DNA of 64,000 bases from Paraspadella gotoi (Eukaryota > Animalia > Chaetognatha), in NCBI GenBank assembly GCA_051294375.1, contig CM119267.1, positions 23,318,905-23,382,904 on the forward strand. Reading direction: 5' to 3'. The notes beneath the pieces are model-generated. The model saw only the letters and a program-made list of their open reading frames with translations, was not told the DNA's origin and did not search any database. Positions 12,705-24,000 of this stretch are shown here, piece after piece; position 1 is the first letter of the stretch, and each line of letters begins with the position of its first letter. Made by a program: the position numbers and the translations under genes.

Positions 12705-13211
12705 ATGTTTTTAGCACAATGTAGAACGAGAGTTTGGACGAACCTCTTCGACCCGATGTGGATAGGTTTTATCGAGGGACTTTCTTATCGACTCTGTCCT
12801 CTCGCCTTCTCGCTCAGTAGCAAGCCAAAAGCCTCTACAGTCCTGACGTGCCACTTACGCCAGCGGGGCTACCCTCACTGGACTTCGTATTCAGTCAAGT
12901 ATCGGGACGTCCTCAACGATCAATGGGGTCACTCGCATTTTAACTGGCTCGTCGACGGCGTTAACTACCACGTGTTGCGGACCGGGTGTTGGCCCTACAT
13001 CAAGTATCACGTTTCCAAGAGAGCGCATCAAGACTTGAGCCTCGAGGATATTCTATTCCGCTGTTTGAAGCTTTTGAATTTGGGAATCCCGACTGTAGCC
13101 TACGGACTCGGGTGTTGGATGGTGATCTCGTGCGAGGAGAGAATTCAGACGGAGCAAGGTCCAGTCACGATCTACTTCGCGATTCCAGAGGACAAAGGCG
13201 CCGTTAGTTAG
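12705..13211 (+). CDS. C15orf61: C15orf61 homologue (DUF4528)
   Basis: KPKASTVLTCHLRQR, PHWTS, NDQWGHSHFNW, NYHVLRTGCWPYIKYH, NLGIPT and EDKGA match recalled C15orf61 sequence. The start lies next to an N gap, so the true ATG is uncertain. Confidence 0.88.
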   Translation: MFLAQCRTRVWTNLFDPMWIGFIEGLSYRLCPLAFSLSSKPKASTVLTCHLRQRGYPHWTSYSVKYRDVLNDQWGHSHFNWLVDGVNYHVLRTGCWPYIKYHVSKRAHQDLSLEDILFRCLKLLNLGIPTVAYGLGCWMVISCEERIQTEQGPVTIYFAIPEDKGAVS

Positions 13212-13256
13212 CGAAGGAGAACGGATATTTAGGGTAATTGCTAAGAATCTCTCGCG

Positions 13257-14246
13257 ATGGTTTTTTGGACGGCGGTCGGCGTCGTTTCTCTCACCGGCGC
13301 CATTATTCATCTCGCCCGTCGCTATTTTACCGGCGCTATTTGCAAAGATCGCTCCTCGTTGGCGGGAAAGACCGTGATCGTCACCGGCGCCAACTGCGGT
13401 ATCGGAAAAGCCGTGACGCGTATCTTAGCGGAGCGCGACGCGCGCGTCATCTTGGCTTGCCGAAACACTACGACGGGCGCGGAGGCGGCGTCGGAGGTAG
13501 CGAAGGCCACCGGACACGACGCCACTCAGTTGGTCGTCAAGCACTTGGATCTGGCCTCCCTCGAGTCAGTCACCGCCTTTTGCGCGGACATCGTCGCCAC
13601 GGAACCGCGAATCGATGTGATCGTCTGCAACGCCGGTTTGGCGTCTCTTCCGCAGCTGGTGCGCACCGTCGATGGGTTCGAGACGCAAATGGGCGTCAAT
13701 CACTTGGGTCACGTCGCGCTCACTCAACGTCTACTCCCAGTTTTAAAGGCGTCGGCGCCGTCGAGAATCGTCGCCGTCTCTTCGGTTCTCTACAAGAATG
13801 GCAACGTCGACCCCAACTATCTCAACTATGAACAGAAGAAATACGACCCCAACACCGCCTACGCCGATTCCAAACTTGCCACAATTCTCTACAACGCCGA
13901 ACTCGGTCGTCGACTCGCCGACTCCCGCGTCAACGTCTTCAGCGCCTCGCCGGGAATCGTGTACACAAACTTGGGACGCTTTCGATCCTTCACAGTTCTT
14001 GAGAAAATCCTCGCCGTCCCCTTCGCTATCCTCTTCGTACGGACTCCTCATCAGGGCGCCCAGAACGTCATCCACTGCGCCACGGAGCCTTCGCTGGAGG
14101 ATCCCGCTGCGTCGGGAAAGTTTTATCGGGATTGCAGGGAAAAGGAGTTAGTGAAAGGTCATCAGGCCGAAGATCCCGAGTTGGCTCTGCGGGTGTACGA
14201 GGCGTCGTTGAAATTAGTCGGGATGGAACCGGACAAGAAAACTTAG
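13257..14246 (+). CDS. Retinol dehydrogenase 11-14-like short-chain dehydrogenase/reductase
   Basis: N-terminal hydrophobic anchor, TGANCGIG Rossmann motif, NAG, NHLGH and catalytic YADSK. Intronless. Confidence 0.93.
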   Translation: MVFWTAVGVVSLTGAIIHLARRYFTGAICKDRSSLAGKTVIVTGANCGIGKAVTRILAERDARVILACRNTTTGAEAASEVAKATGHDATQLVVKHLDLASLESVTAFCADIVATEPRIDVIVCNAGLASLPQLVRTVDGFETQMGVNHLGHVALTQRLLPVLKASAPSRIVAVSSVLYKNGNVDPNYLNYEQKKYDPNTAYADSKLATILYNAELGRRLADSRVNVFSASPGIVYTNLGRFRSFTVLEKILAVPFAILFVRTPHQGAQNVIHCATEPSLEDPAASGKFYRDCREKELVKGHQAEDPELALRVYEASLKLVGMEPDKKT

Positions 14247-14671
14247 TGAAAATCGGGGAGCCCGGATATCGAAGGAGATTGGCCCCGCTGATTGGTCGGC
14301 GTAGTAGCGCCGACTTTCTTACAGTTTTTTCTTTTGTTTTTCTTTTGTTTTCCTTTCGTTTTTTCTCTGATAAACGTGTGATCTACCGGACTAACCGTTT
14401 CAAAATACGATTCTTGGCGAGACGGACCGATGAATCTGTATTCAATTTTGGAATATTTTTTTTCCACTCTCGTTAAATCAATTTACGTTATTGAAATATA
14501 CATATTATACATACAATGCCTATTGAGACGATCTTCAATTACTCTGAGATTTAAATTCGATTTTTTCCCCCCCAAGCTTAACCCGTGTAGTTCGGGATGT
14601 TCCCAACGGAAAAAATTATCAGTGGCTTCGAAATTTCTTAAACTCTTCAATCCCTCATATAAGAAAATAAT

Positions 14672-17411
14672 ATGGAGACGGACGCGCCCCTCAAGTCGGA
14701 CTCTCGTCCTCTCTCCTCGGCCTCCTCCGCCGAGTCCCTCAATTCTCTCAAACCCAAGTCGCCCTCCTCCATCGTCGCCTCTTGCCCGACTTGCGGCAAG
14801 AGCTTCTGCAGCGTCGGCGCCCTCAAGCGTCACAATATCAGCATCCACCTCAAGAACGAGATTTTTCCCTGCAACGTCGCCGGATGCGGAAAGACTTTCT
14901 TGCTGAAGGAATATCTCAAGAAGCACCTCCGTCGCTTTCACAAACTTCCTCCCATGTTTCCGCGGAAACGGAAGAGCACCTCCGATCTGAAGGCGTTGAA
15001 GACGTCGGCGAAGGGCATGGCCGGAGGCGTCTCGGCGCCGGAAAAGGGACTCGACATCTCCGGTGAATCTCCCGATCAAACTTCCTCTGGCCAAAGCTCC
15101 GCTCCGCCGCAGTTGAAAACCTTCGCCGAATCTCTATCCCGCTCGGAGAGATCCGCGCCCGATTCAGCCTCTCCGTTCCCTGCGCGACCTTCGAAACCTC
15201 TCGCCAGGAAAAAGTCTTCCTCGTCGACGAAGACTGTCCGCATCTCGGCCGACGAAAGCGTCGGGGGTGAGAGCGACGGGCCCCTTTCCGACGCCGCCTC
15301 GTCATCTTCCAGTCCGGAAAAACCCGGCGCCGGTCTCGGTATCGCCGGAAAGGGCAAACGCCGCAAGCAGAAGAAGGCGCTGGTCGAAGGATGGGTGGAT
15401 CCGGATGAACTCGGCGACGATTACTGGTTGCCCGGCGCCGCAAAGAAAGTCAAGATTGCCGAAAAGAAAAAAGGTGGGGAAACTGTAACGCCGGAGGCGG
15501 TGGCCGCCGCCGCTGCCGCGGCGACTGCGGCGCTCAACGCCATGACGGCTGCGTCGGTAGCATCGGCAGCACCGGCAGCACCAGCACTGAAAAAGAAGAC
15601 AATCGAGGAAAAACCAGTTGTTGACGGCGTAAAAGTTGAGACGAACCTCATTACGCCGGCGCGAAAATCCTCGGGCAAGTCCCCCATTACGGTTGCCGGA
15701 AAGTCAATACCGATGTCGGTCGGCAAGCCCGCTCTGACGCCATCGGGCAAGTCCGTCGCTCCGCCGTCGGCTAAGTCCGCTCCGACGCCCGCCGGAAAGT
15801 CCTCCCCGACGCCCGGCAAAAAATCTAGTGACGCCTCCCTTCAGAAATTAAAAAAGATTCGTTCCAAAACTCTGGCCGATCGAAAGGAGCTTTCGAGGGA
15901 AAGCCGATTCAGTCCCGCGATCGACCGGAAGAGCGCCACCGATTCCCCGACGCCGTCTTCCTCCGGCGCCGGACAATCGAGCAAATCCGTCAAGGGGCCG
16001 GTGATTCGAGTTAGAGGCGATTCCGTCGATATCGTGAACAACCCGGAGGCGGCGTCGCAGGTTAGTGTGATGGATTGATTGATTTATTGATTCGAGTGCG
16101 TTATTGATTCTGTTGATTTATTGATTCTGTTGATTTATTGATTCTATTGATTTATTGATCCTCGTCGAATTTTCCTCGACGATCCTTATGCTTTTAAAAA
16201 TTTGTTGTCTTTTCAATTTAATTACCTTAATTAATTTTTGTTATTGTTATTAGAAAAAATCGGTGATCATTATCTTATTAACACGCAACCTCGGTCAAAC
16301 CACATGACCTTACCAACCTTACCTCGCTCAATTCCCCCAACTTATTTATGGTCAAAACGGTTGACCTTTATGGTCAAACGTTGACCTTTGTAAATACCAT
16401 TGTAATAGACTTAGTATCTGAGCATTTTGACTGTTATTGTTTATAACCTTGTTGAAGAATAAATCATTCTTGATCTGAAACTTGTATCGTCCATAATCTC
16501 TCCCATTCCCTCAAGGTGATCAACGGTTGTAAGCCGGCTAAGTGCCGCTACTACGCCGGCCCTTACGTCAACGAAAAGATCGCCAAGGGCTTCTACAATC
16601 GCCCGCCGACGCATTTCGTCCTCAATTACGAGGACACCCACAACTGGCGCTGCATGCTCTGCGGCCACGGCAACTTCTTCGACGATCTCGGCCAACTCTT
16701 CGGTCCGTTCCACGTGGCCGAGTCCAAACTCGACGCCATCTTCGCCGAGTCTCTCGTCAGCCTCTGCCGAGAGTCGATGGCTTCGATGTCGGAGGCGGCG
16801 GTGCTGTCGCCGAGGCGGAGCAGGATCGTGGCCGGAACCAAGGGGCCGGTGCAGGTCAGGATGTAGTATCCGCTTTTTTTTTCTTTTCTATTTTCCTTTT
16901 TCTTTTCTTTTCTCTTCTCTTCTTTTGTCACTTCTTATCTTTATCCATTTTCTTCTCTTTTCTGTTTTCTTTTCTTTTCTTCATTAATCTCCTTTTCCTC
17001 CAGGGATCCAAATCCCCCACCCGATCCGCCATCACCTCCTCCGGCAACATCGCTCAAGAGACGGACGACTCTGTGGCCGTGACTAACCCCGACCCTGAGC
17101 CTTTCGAGATTTGGCTTCACGAATCTTGCGTAGTTTGGTCGGTAGGCGTCTACATGGTGGAAGGCAAGCTCTATGGGCTGGAGGAGGCGCTAAATCTGGC
17201 GGCCGAGACCAAGTGCTCCTTTTGCCTGGAGTTGGGCGCCTCGCTCGGCTGCTTCAAGAGCTGCAACAGCAACTATCACTTTCACTGCGCCAGGAAAAAC
17301 TGCTGTCAATTTAACGAGGAAACTTTTACCATTCGATGTCCGAAGCACGCCGAGTCGAGGTCGACGGTCCTGACGGCGTCAAAGGAGAACGTCGCCGTCG
17401 TGGCTCATTAA
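14672..17411 (+). CDS. TCF20/RAI1-like extended-PHD protein with two N-terminal C2H2 zinc fingers
   Basis: Exons 14672-16060, 16516-16854, 17004-17411. C2H2 fingers CPTCGKSF..H and CNVAGCGKTF..H. ePHD motifs WRCMLC..LGQLFGP and WLHESCVVWSVGVYMVEGKLYGLEEAL..CSFC..GASLGC..YHFHCA..CPKH. Confidence 0.8.
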
Positions 17412-17847
17412 GAAAGAAAGGAAAGAAAAAAAGAAAGATAGTCAGTTTGCTAAATTATTTTCTAATTTTACTAAGTATGCTGATTGAAAATCTATTGAGT
17501 TATTCACAATTAGCGGAATTTTTTTTTTTCAATTGACAATTCATTTATCCCATTGAATCTAGCTTCGCCAAATTATTTTGCGCTTCCAATTTTGTTTAAT
17601 TTTTGTTAGTCCAAATTTTTCGTCGCGTTTATTGACGTTGCGACAAAATTACCCTAATTAGTCATCGTCATTATATTTATGTGCCATTTATTTTCCTGAC
17701 CGTTTTTATTTATTAATTAGTAATTACTCGCCCTCCCCTCGTTTTAGGACGTGCTAAGTTCGCTTCTATCTCAATTACTTGTTCTCGACTTTTGCACTGT
17801 TGTCATTTATTTATTTACTCGCAAAAGACTAAAACTCAAAATAAACA

Positions 17848-20800
17848 ATGAATCATTCCGAGGACATAAAATCTGACTTGGAGCGCCTCGTGCTCCGCGT
17901 CTTTCCCCATTTGGCCAAGAGCGATCAGAACTTTTCCATCTGCATGGACTTTGCTCAGTCTCACGTGCGGCGTCACACTTTTCTCGCCCCCGACGCGCAC
18001 AAGATCCGTCGCGCCCTAGACGGGATCGTGGAGAAAATCGCCGTTCACTCGCAGACCAACAAGGTACGGTAGCAACTACGTAATCATTGCACCAACTACT
18101 TCCTATTTATAATGATTGACCGATCCTTCATCAAATCAACATCCCCCCCCTACATCAGGCCGATTCCCTCAAACGCCTCGTGGATTCCTTCCCCCGCTCG
18201 CCCCTCTTCGAAGAGACGCCAAAGATCAAATCCTTGACGGGCGGAGGGGAGACTCACTTCGCCGTTCTCTCCTTCCTCCTCGAACTCTCTCAACAGCCGA
18301 CGGTCTCCTATCGCCACCTCCGCCTCGCCCTTCCTTTCGCCGCGTCGAAAAAGGCCGGCGAGGAGGACGCCGACGCCTTCGATTGGCCGGCGTTTTTGAG
18401 GGAAGGCGAGGAGGACTTTAATCGATCCGACGCCACCTCAGGGTTTTTGGATTCTTCGTCGGGCGGAAGCGATTTCGAGGAAGAGGTACGTATTTCAGTC
18501 TATCAATGTTTGTGGATACCTTTTGTCTCGAAATTTATTTATAACAACTCAAGTTTAATAAAGAAAAACATCGATTTGGGAAACAGTGCTAATTTTATTT
18601 AGACCATGCATTAGACACATTTTTTTCCGCTGAAAATGGTCATAGAGTCTCCAAAAATGTGTCATTCTGTTCGTATTTAAACGTTCTTTAAGAAAAAAAA
18701 CCTTTCAAAGATTTTTAAATACTTCTCGCCTCTCCCAGGGCGTCAAAGTGCCACGAGCGTCAAATTTATCGATTTTTGATATTTTCTTTATTTTCTTGTT
18801 TATAATAGCTAATTTTAAATAATTTTTCAATAATATGTTATGATTTATTAGGTTATTCCAATAAAAAAATCTTATAGATTTGTATTTGCATTGTATCAGT
18901 ATCTTTAACCGGAAAAAATGCCACAGACCGGAAATGACTCACCAAAAATCACGTTATTTTCATAAAAATTTACAATTTAGGAATTTTTCCGAAAAAAAAA
19001 TATATGAAAGCTAGAAAAATATTTTAAATTTTATAAGTCATTGCAAAAGATGAGAAAAAGATAGATACCCGGGACGAAAATGCAGAATTAGTTCATATTT
19101 ACTTCAATTTGTAAATTCGGAGCGCGTGACTGGAATCAAGTATGATTCTGACCGGACTCACGCTTGAAAATAGGAAGAACAGGCTTGTCAAGGAAAGATT
19201 TGATGAGAAAAACAGTGAGACTGGATTTAATTTTAAAAACATCTTAAATTTAACGTATTGTAAAATATTTTTTTAAAAAGTTTTTTATAATAAATATCAA
19301 TCTTTTATGATTACGGGAAGAAAACCTTGCAATACCATCATATGTCATAAAGATCCAGAGATTTAATCACTACAATCTAACGATGCTTGATATTATGCCG
19401 AACACTAAACATGGAAAAATGCCAGAAACTATTACAGTTACATTAAAAGCAGCAAGAGTGAATATGGTCAGCCATCAGCACTGCTGATCGGGCATGTCTA
19501 TCAACCGACAACCTTTTTCTCCTTTTACGAGATATTGTTTCGTCACAGTAAAGTTGTCATGAAAATGGTTTTTTCTTTGCTTTCACTTATTTCCTGAGAT
19601 CCGTAAAGAAGTTCATATGACCAAGTTAAATCTTAAAAGGTAAAATTTAAAAAAAAAGTTTTATTGATCGTAATTAATCTCATCTCCAGGAAACCTTTAA
19701 CTTCTGAAAATTTTTATTGAAATGACCTGTAGGACATAACTCCCTATGTAGTTCGTCGCTTTAAATTTACTTTTGTAAAAGTGTTTAAAAAATATAAACA
19801 ATCAATATTTGTTTAAGCGCGTTCTTGCATTTATATCCTGAATATGCTTAATTTCTCGTGCTGTTTAGTCTGAGCCCCCAGCAAAAAGTTTATGTCACCA
19901 TTATGTCATTTTACATGTACATCATGGCGGATGCGCTCCCCCTCTAAAAAATAAACGCAATGCAATGAAAGACGCAATGGTGGCGGTCTTAAAATGCCTG
20001 TTTTCCATTTCAAACAATATTGCCAATGCCTTGTATGTACGATGATAGTCATCTGGAAGAATTTATAACGAATAGTCTTGCTTGTTTTTTCAGTTCCAAT
20101 ATTTGTTTTAACAATTTGGTAAAATGATATTATAAAATGAAACATAAAAATTCTTCCATGCTTACACGATTTGAGCCGTCAAGTGAATGGAAAGACAATT
20201 CAAATTTCCAAGCTTTCGTCACCTTTTTAAACAGATTTCCTCTGCTCAAGCCACTGAGCGTAAGGTCAAGTTTGCAAGTGCCATGACCTTTTGCAATTCC
20301 CAATAATCTTGAGCAAACTTCATTCAGGATTTTTGCAGGCAATTGATATGAATCAACGGCGACATCCCAAGTAATAGTTTTAAACGTTGAAAAACGGTTA
20401 CGGCCATTTTGGTCACATGATCTCATCTATATCCCTCATATACTGATTTTTTTTGCCATAAAACTTTTGGTTACGAAATACATTATTTTTTACTTTTTAA
20501 AACTTGGTCTTTGCCATTTTTCTTGTAGCAATTAAAATTATTTGAATCTGTGATCTAAATTTTTCATTTTTAGGAAAAATTTCAAAGTAATTAATTAACT
20601 TCCGGTTTATTATATTATTAAAAATTCTTAATAACGGTTTGAGGTGTTTAAATTACGATTAAATATTTTGGGTAACATTTAATATAACAGGTAATACAAA
20701 TTTTATCCTTATTTTTATAATTATCTAAAAAATTGTTTTGAAAGACCTCAAAAATGGCTGAAAATCAATTATTTTGACGCCCGTGGCACTTTAACGCCCT

Positions 20801-21033
20801 CGGGAAAGCGAGATATTAAAAAATGCATTATAAATGCTTTCATTGTGTATAGCTCTAAAATACGAAAAGAATGACACCTTTTTCATAACTCTATGACAAT
20901 TTTCAGCGGAAAAAAATGTGTCTACCATGCATTCAAACCATTTAGCTGGTTCATTATTCAAGGCCAGAGAAATTGTGGTGAGGTAAAAAATTATTTACAA
21001 ATAAGAGAAGGTGAGAGGAAGAGGAGGAGACTC

Positions 21034-21064
<31 letters not shown>

Positions 21065-24000
21065 AACTTTCAACCAAAAAGGGATTAATCCCTCATCCCC
21101 CTCCCCCCTTGTTCTTCGTCCGGGATGTAGGTGGTCCAATTGGCTTCCATGCATCTGTTTTCACGTATGCTCCTTTGTCTTCGTTGAGCCCTTTGCCTGG
21201 TCCACAATCAAAATGACGAATCCAAAGAGCTTCTTCCACTCTTAGATGGTGCTTGAGCATTCTTTGGTTTTTGATTCGTGGCTGAGAGATGATTTCAGGT
21301 TCCCAGATGAAAGGGGCATCGCAATGCTCTCGATGTTGTGTCAAGCCGGAATGACGCCAATTACCCGACTCGGCTGCTCTTTTGTGTTCTGCCGTTCGAG
21401 TTTCAAAACTACGACAGGTTTCTCCAATGTATCGAGCCTTAGGAGAGCAAGAGCAACGAAAGCTATAGATTCCGCGTCCCTTTTTTGGCGACGGCTTTGT
21501 TTTTGTTTGGGGCGCAGAGGATGTTTGCCAGCGTCTGTCCGCTCCTGCTAAAGAGTGATGCTCCTGCCTTTTTAAAAGCTCTTTGCAGTTGTTGGGTGAT
21601 ACCTGGAAGGTATGGAAGTGTAGCATAAGGGCGGAGTTCGTATTTTGGTCGTTATGGAAAGGCAGTTCAGCAAAAAGGTTTGCTACAGTAGGTTGTTGTT
21701 GTGATCGTTGTAGTACGTCATTGTTGTTGCTGTAGTTGTCTTTGTTTTCGGCTTTTATCTGATGGATGGTATTAATCCCTTTTTGGTTGAAAGTTTCTCT
21801 CTCTCTCTCTCTTTCTCTCTCTCTGAGTCTCCTCCTCTTCCTCTCACCTTCTCTTATTTGTAAATAATTTTTTACCTCACCACAATTTCTCTGGCCTTGT
21901 ATAATGAACCAGCTAAATGGTTTGAATGCATGGTCTAAATAAAATTAGCACTGTTTCCCAAATCGATGTTTTTCTTTATCAAACTACTCGGTGCATGAGA
22001 TGACACTTAACAACTCAAGTTTACTAACGAATTCAATAAACTAGACAGTCTTCTGGAAAGAGCGTAGATTTAAAACATGCGGAATTTCAAGAATCTTCAA
22101 GAATTTGAGTCCAACACAACAGTGCAATCTAAAGTCATGGAATGAATTGACTTTGGATAATTTTCGTATTGGTTGTACAATTTTTTTTGTCACCTTCAAA
22201 AGATAACAATTTTTATAAACTTCCCGTTATAAATCCCCTTTCCCCTTCTGTAATAAGGATGAAACTACCAAAGCGGAACTTACCTCAACTGCCACGACGA
22301 CGGCCCCCACAGCCCCAACAGCCGCCACCGCCGCCACAACCGCCACGGCCACCGCCGCCACCGCCAATGATGAACCTTCCATCCACGAAGACTCAAGTTC
22401 GCGCAGCAGCGTTACTCTTTCGCAATATTCCGACCGCGCCTCTCGGGACCGGAAGTGGCTGGAGAGAAACCTCATGCCCGAGTACTGGCGCGGCAAAAAG
22501 GCCTCGCCCAACGAAATCATCTTGGAGAACCCTAAGATGACGGGCTGCTTGGCGGCGCATTGGCAGCGCAAGTTGTTGCTGGACCAGAACGCGGGGGCTT
22601 TGGTGCCATCGGATTCGGCGCCGACGTCTTGGTTGACGGAATCGCAGGTATAAAGGTATTAAGGTATGAAGAATCATCTGAATATGCTAGTTAAATTTAA
22701 AATAGATTTGTGGACCATTCAATTTCTTTCAGAGAGTCAATAGTTCATTGGTTTTGAATTTATATATGGGGAAGATTTTTTTTCTCTCTCGCTATCCGTT
22801 TTCACTCTCGATTGTTGATTGTAAATTGTTGATTGTTGACATAATTTTTAGTTTAAAAGTTTTGGAATGATTTCAGTATAAGAAATTCTACCTTTTCATT
22901 TCCCAGGCCCTCCGCGAATGCCTTTGGCTTCTCCGCGGCACGAATCTCCGCTCCCCCATTTTTATCGTAAAACACGACTCCTCGTCCTCCCTCCCTCTCG
23001 CCATCCATCCTAACCCCAAATTCTGTCTCTCCAGTCTAACGCCGGCCGAATGGGCCAAAGTCGTGGCCGAGTTCTCTCGGTACGCCAAAGTGCGCTCTCG
23101 CATCGACGATTTTATCCAGGCAAGTTTGGACGGGGAATTCCATTTTTTTGATTCGTAGTTTATTATTGACTTATTTATTCGTTTAACTTGCAGCGAGTAT
23201 TCCGCGCCGACCGTCCCCTTGACGCCGACCGACCCCTTCCTAGAACTTACCAAGCCTTCGCCGGCGGACTCAATCAACTCACCAAAGAAGACCTCAGCTT
23301 CGACGTAGAATCCCTGGAGAAAGAACTCATCGCCTGCAAGCGAACGACGGCGGCCACGCTGTCCAGCGTCTTCGAGACTCTCGCGCCTCGTCTACGACTC
23401 CTCGACGCAATCGCCGACGTCCTCGAGCACAGCGTCGAAACGGACGACGCCGCCTCCGACAACGCGCTCCGAGCCACGCGTCTTCTCTCCGTCGTTCATC
23501 GCGTCGTCGAACACTTGGACGCCTCCGCCTCAGGCGCCGAAGGGCCCGACTCCGTCCTCTCTTCTTTGATCTGGCTTTGGGCCCAGACCCTGCAACCGAT
23601 CGTCGAGATTGTCGACGACTGGATCCGCACCGGCCGCCTTGACGACACGAAGGGTGAATTCTTTATTTGGCGCAACCCCGACGTTCGTCTCGACGAAGAA
23701 GGCTTTTGGGCAAGGGGCTACGGATTCGCCGTGCCCGCCGCCGCCGCCGGAGTTGACGGAGAGGTCGAGAACGTCGCCGACGAGGCGCTTCGCTGTCACT
23801 TCTTCGCTCCCTCCATCGTCAAGAACGTTGTGATGGCGGGGAAGTCGATGGAGATCCTGCGCAGCCTTTCCAAGACGGAAGCCGACGATTCGCGATTCCA
23901 ACGACGACACTTCGCTTCGTCTCTCTATTCCGATTTCGTCGACGCCCTCTTCCATTCTCATTCGCCAAAGAAACTCAGATTCGCCGCCAATCTCACTTCC

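Larger units (their letters stand above)
18558..22007 (-). mobile_element. 5'-truncated Penelope-like retroelement with inverted terminal repeats, interrupted by a DNA transposon
   Basis: Carries a GIY-YIG ORF. About 210 bp inverted arms: 18558-18611 plus 20933-21089 versus 21771-21979. A 16 bp direct repeat taacaactcaagttta flanks the insertion at 18542-18557 and 22008-22023. Confidence 0.8.
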
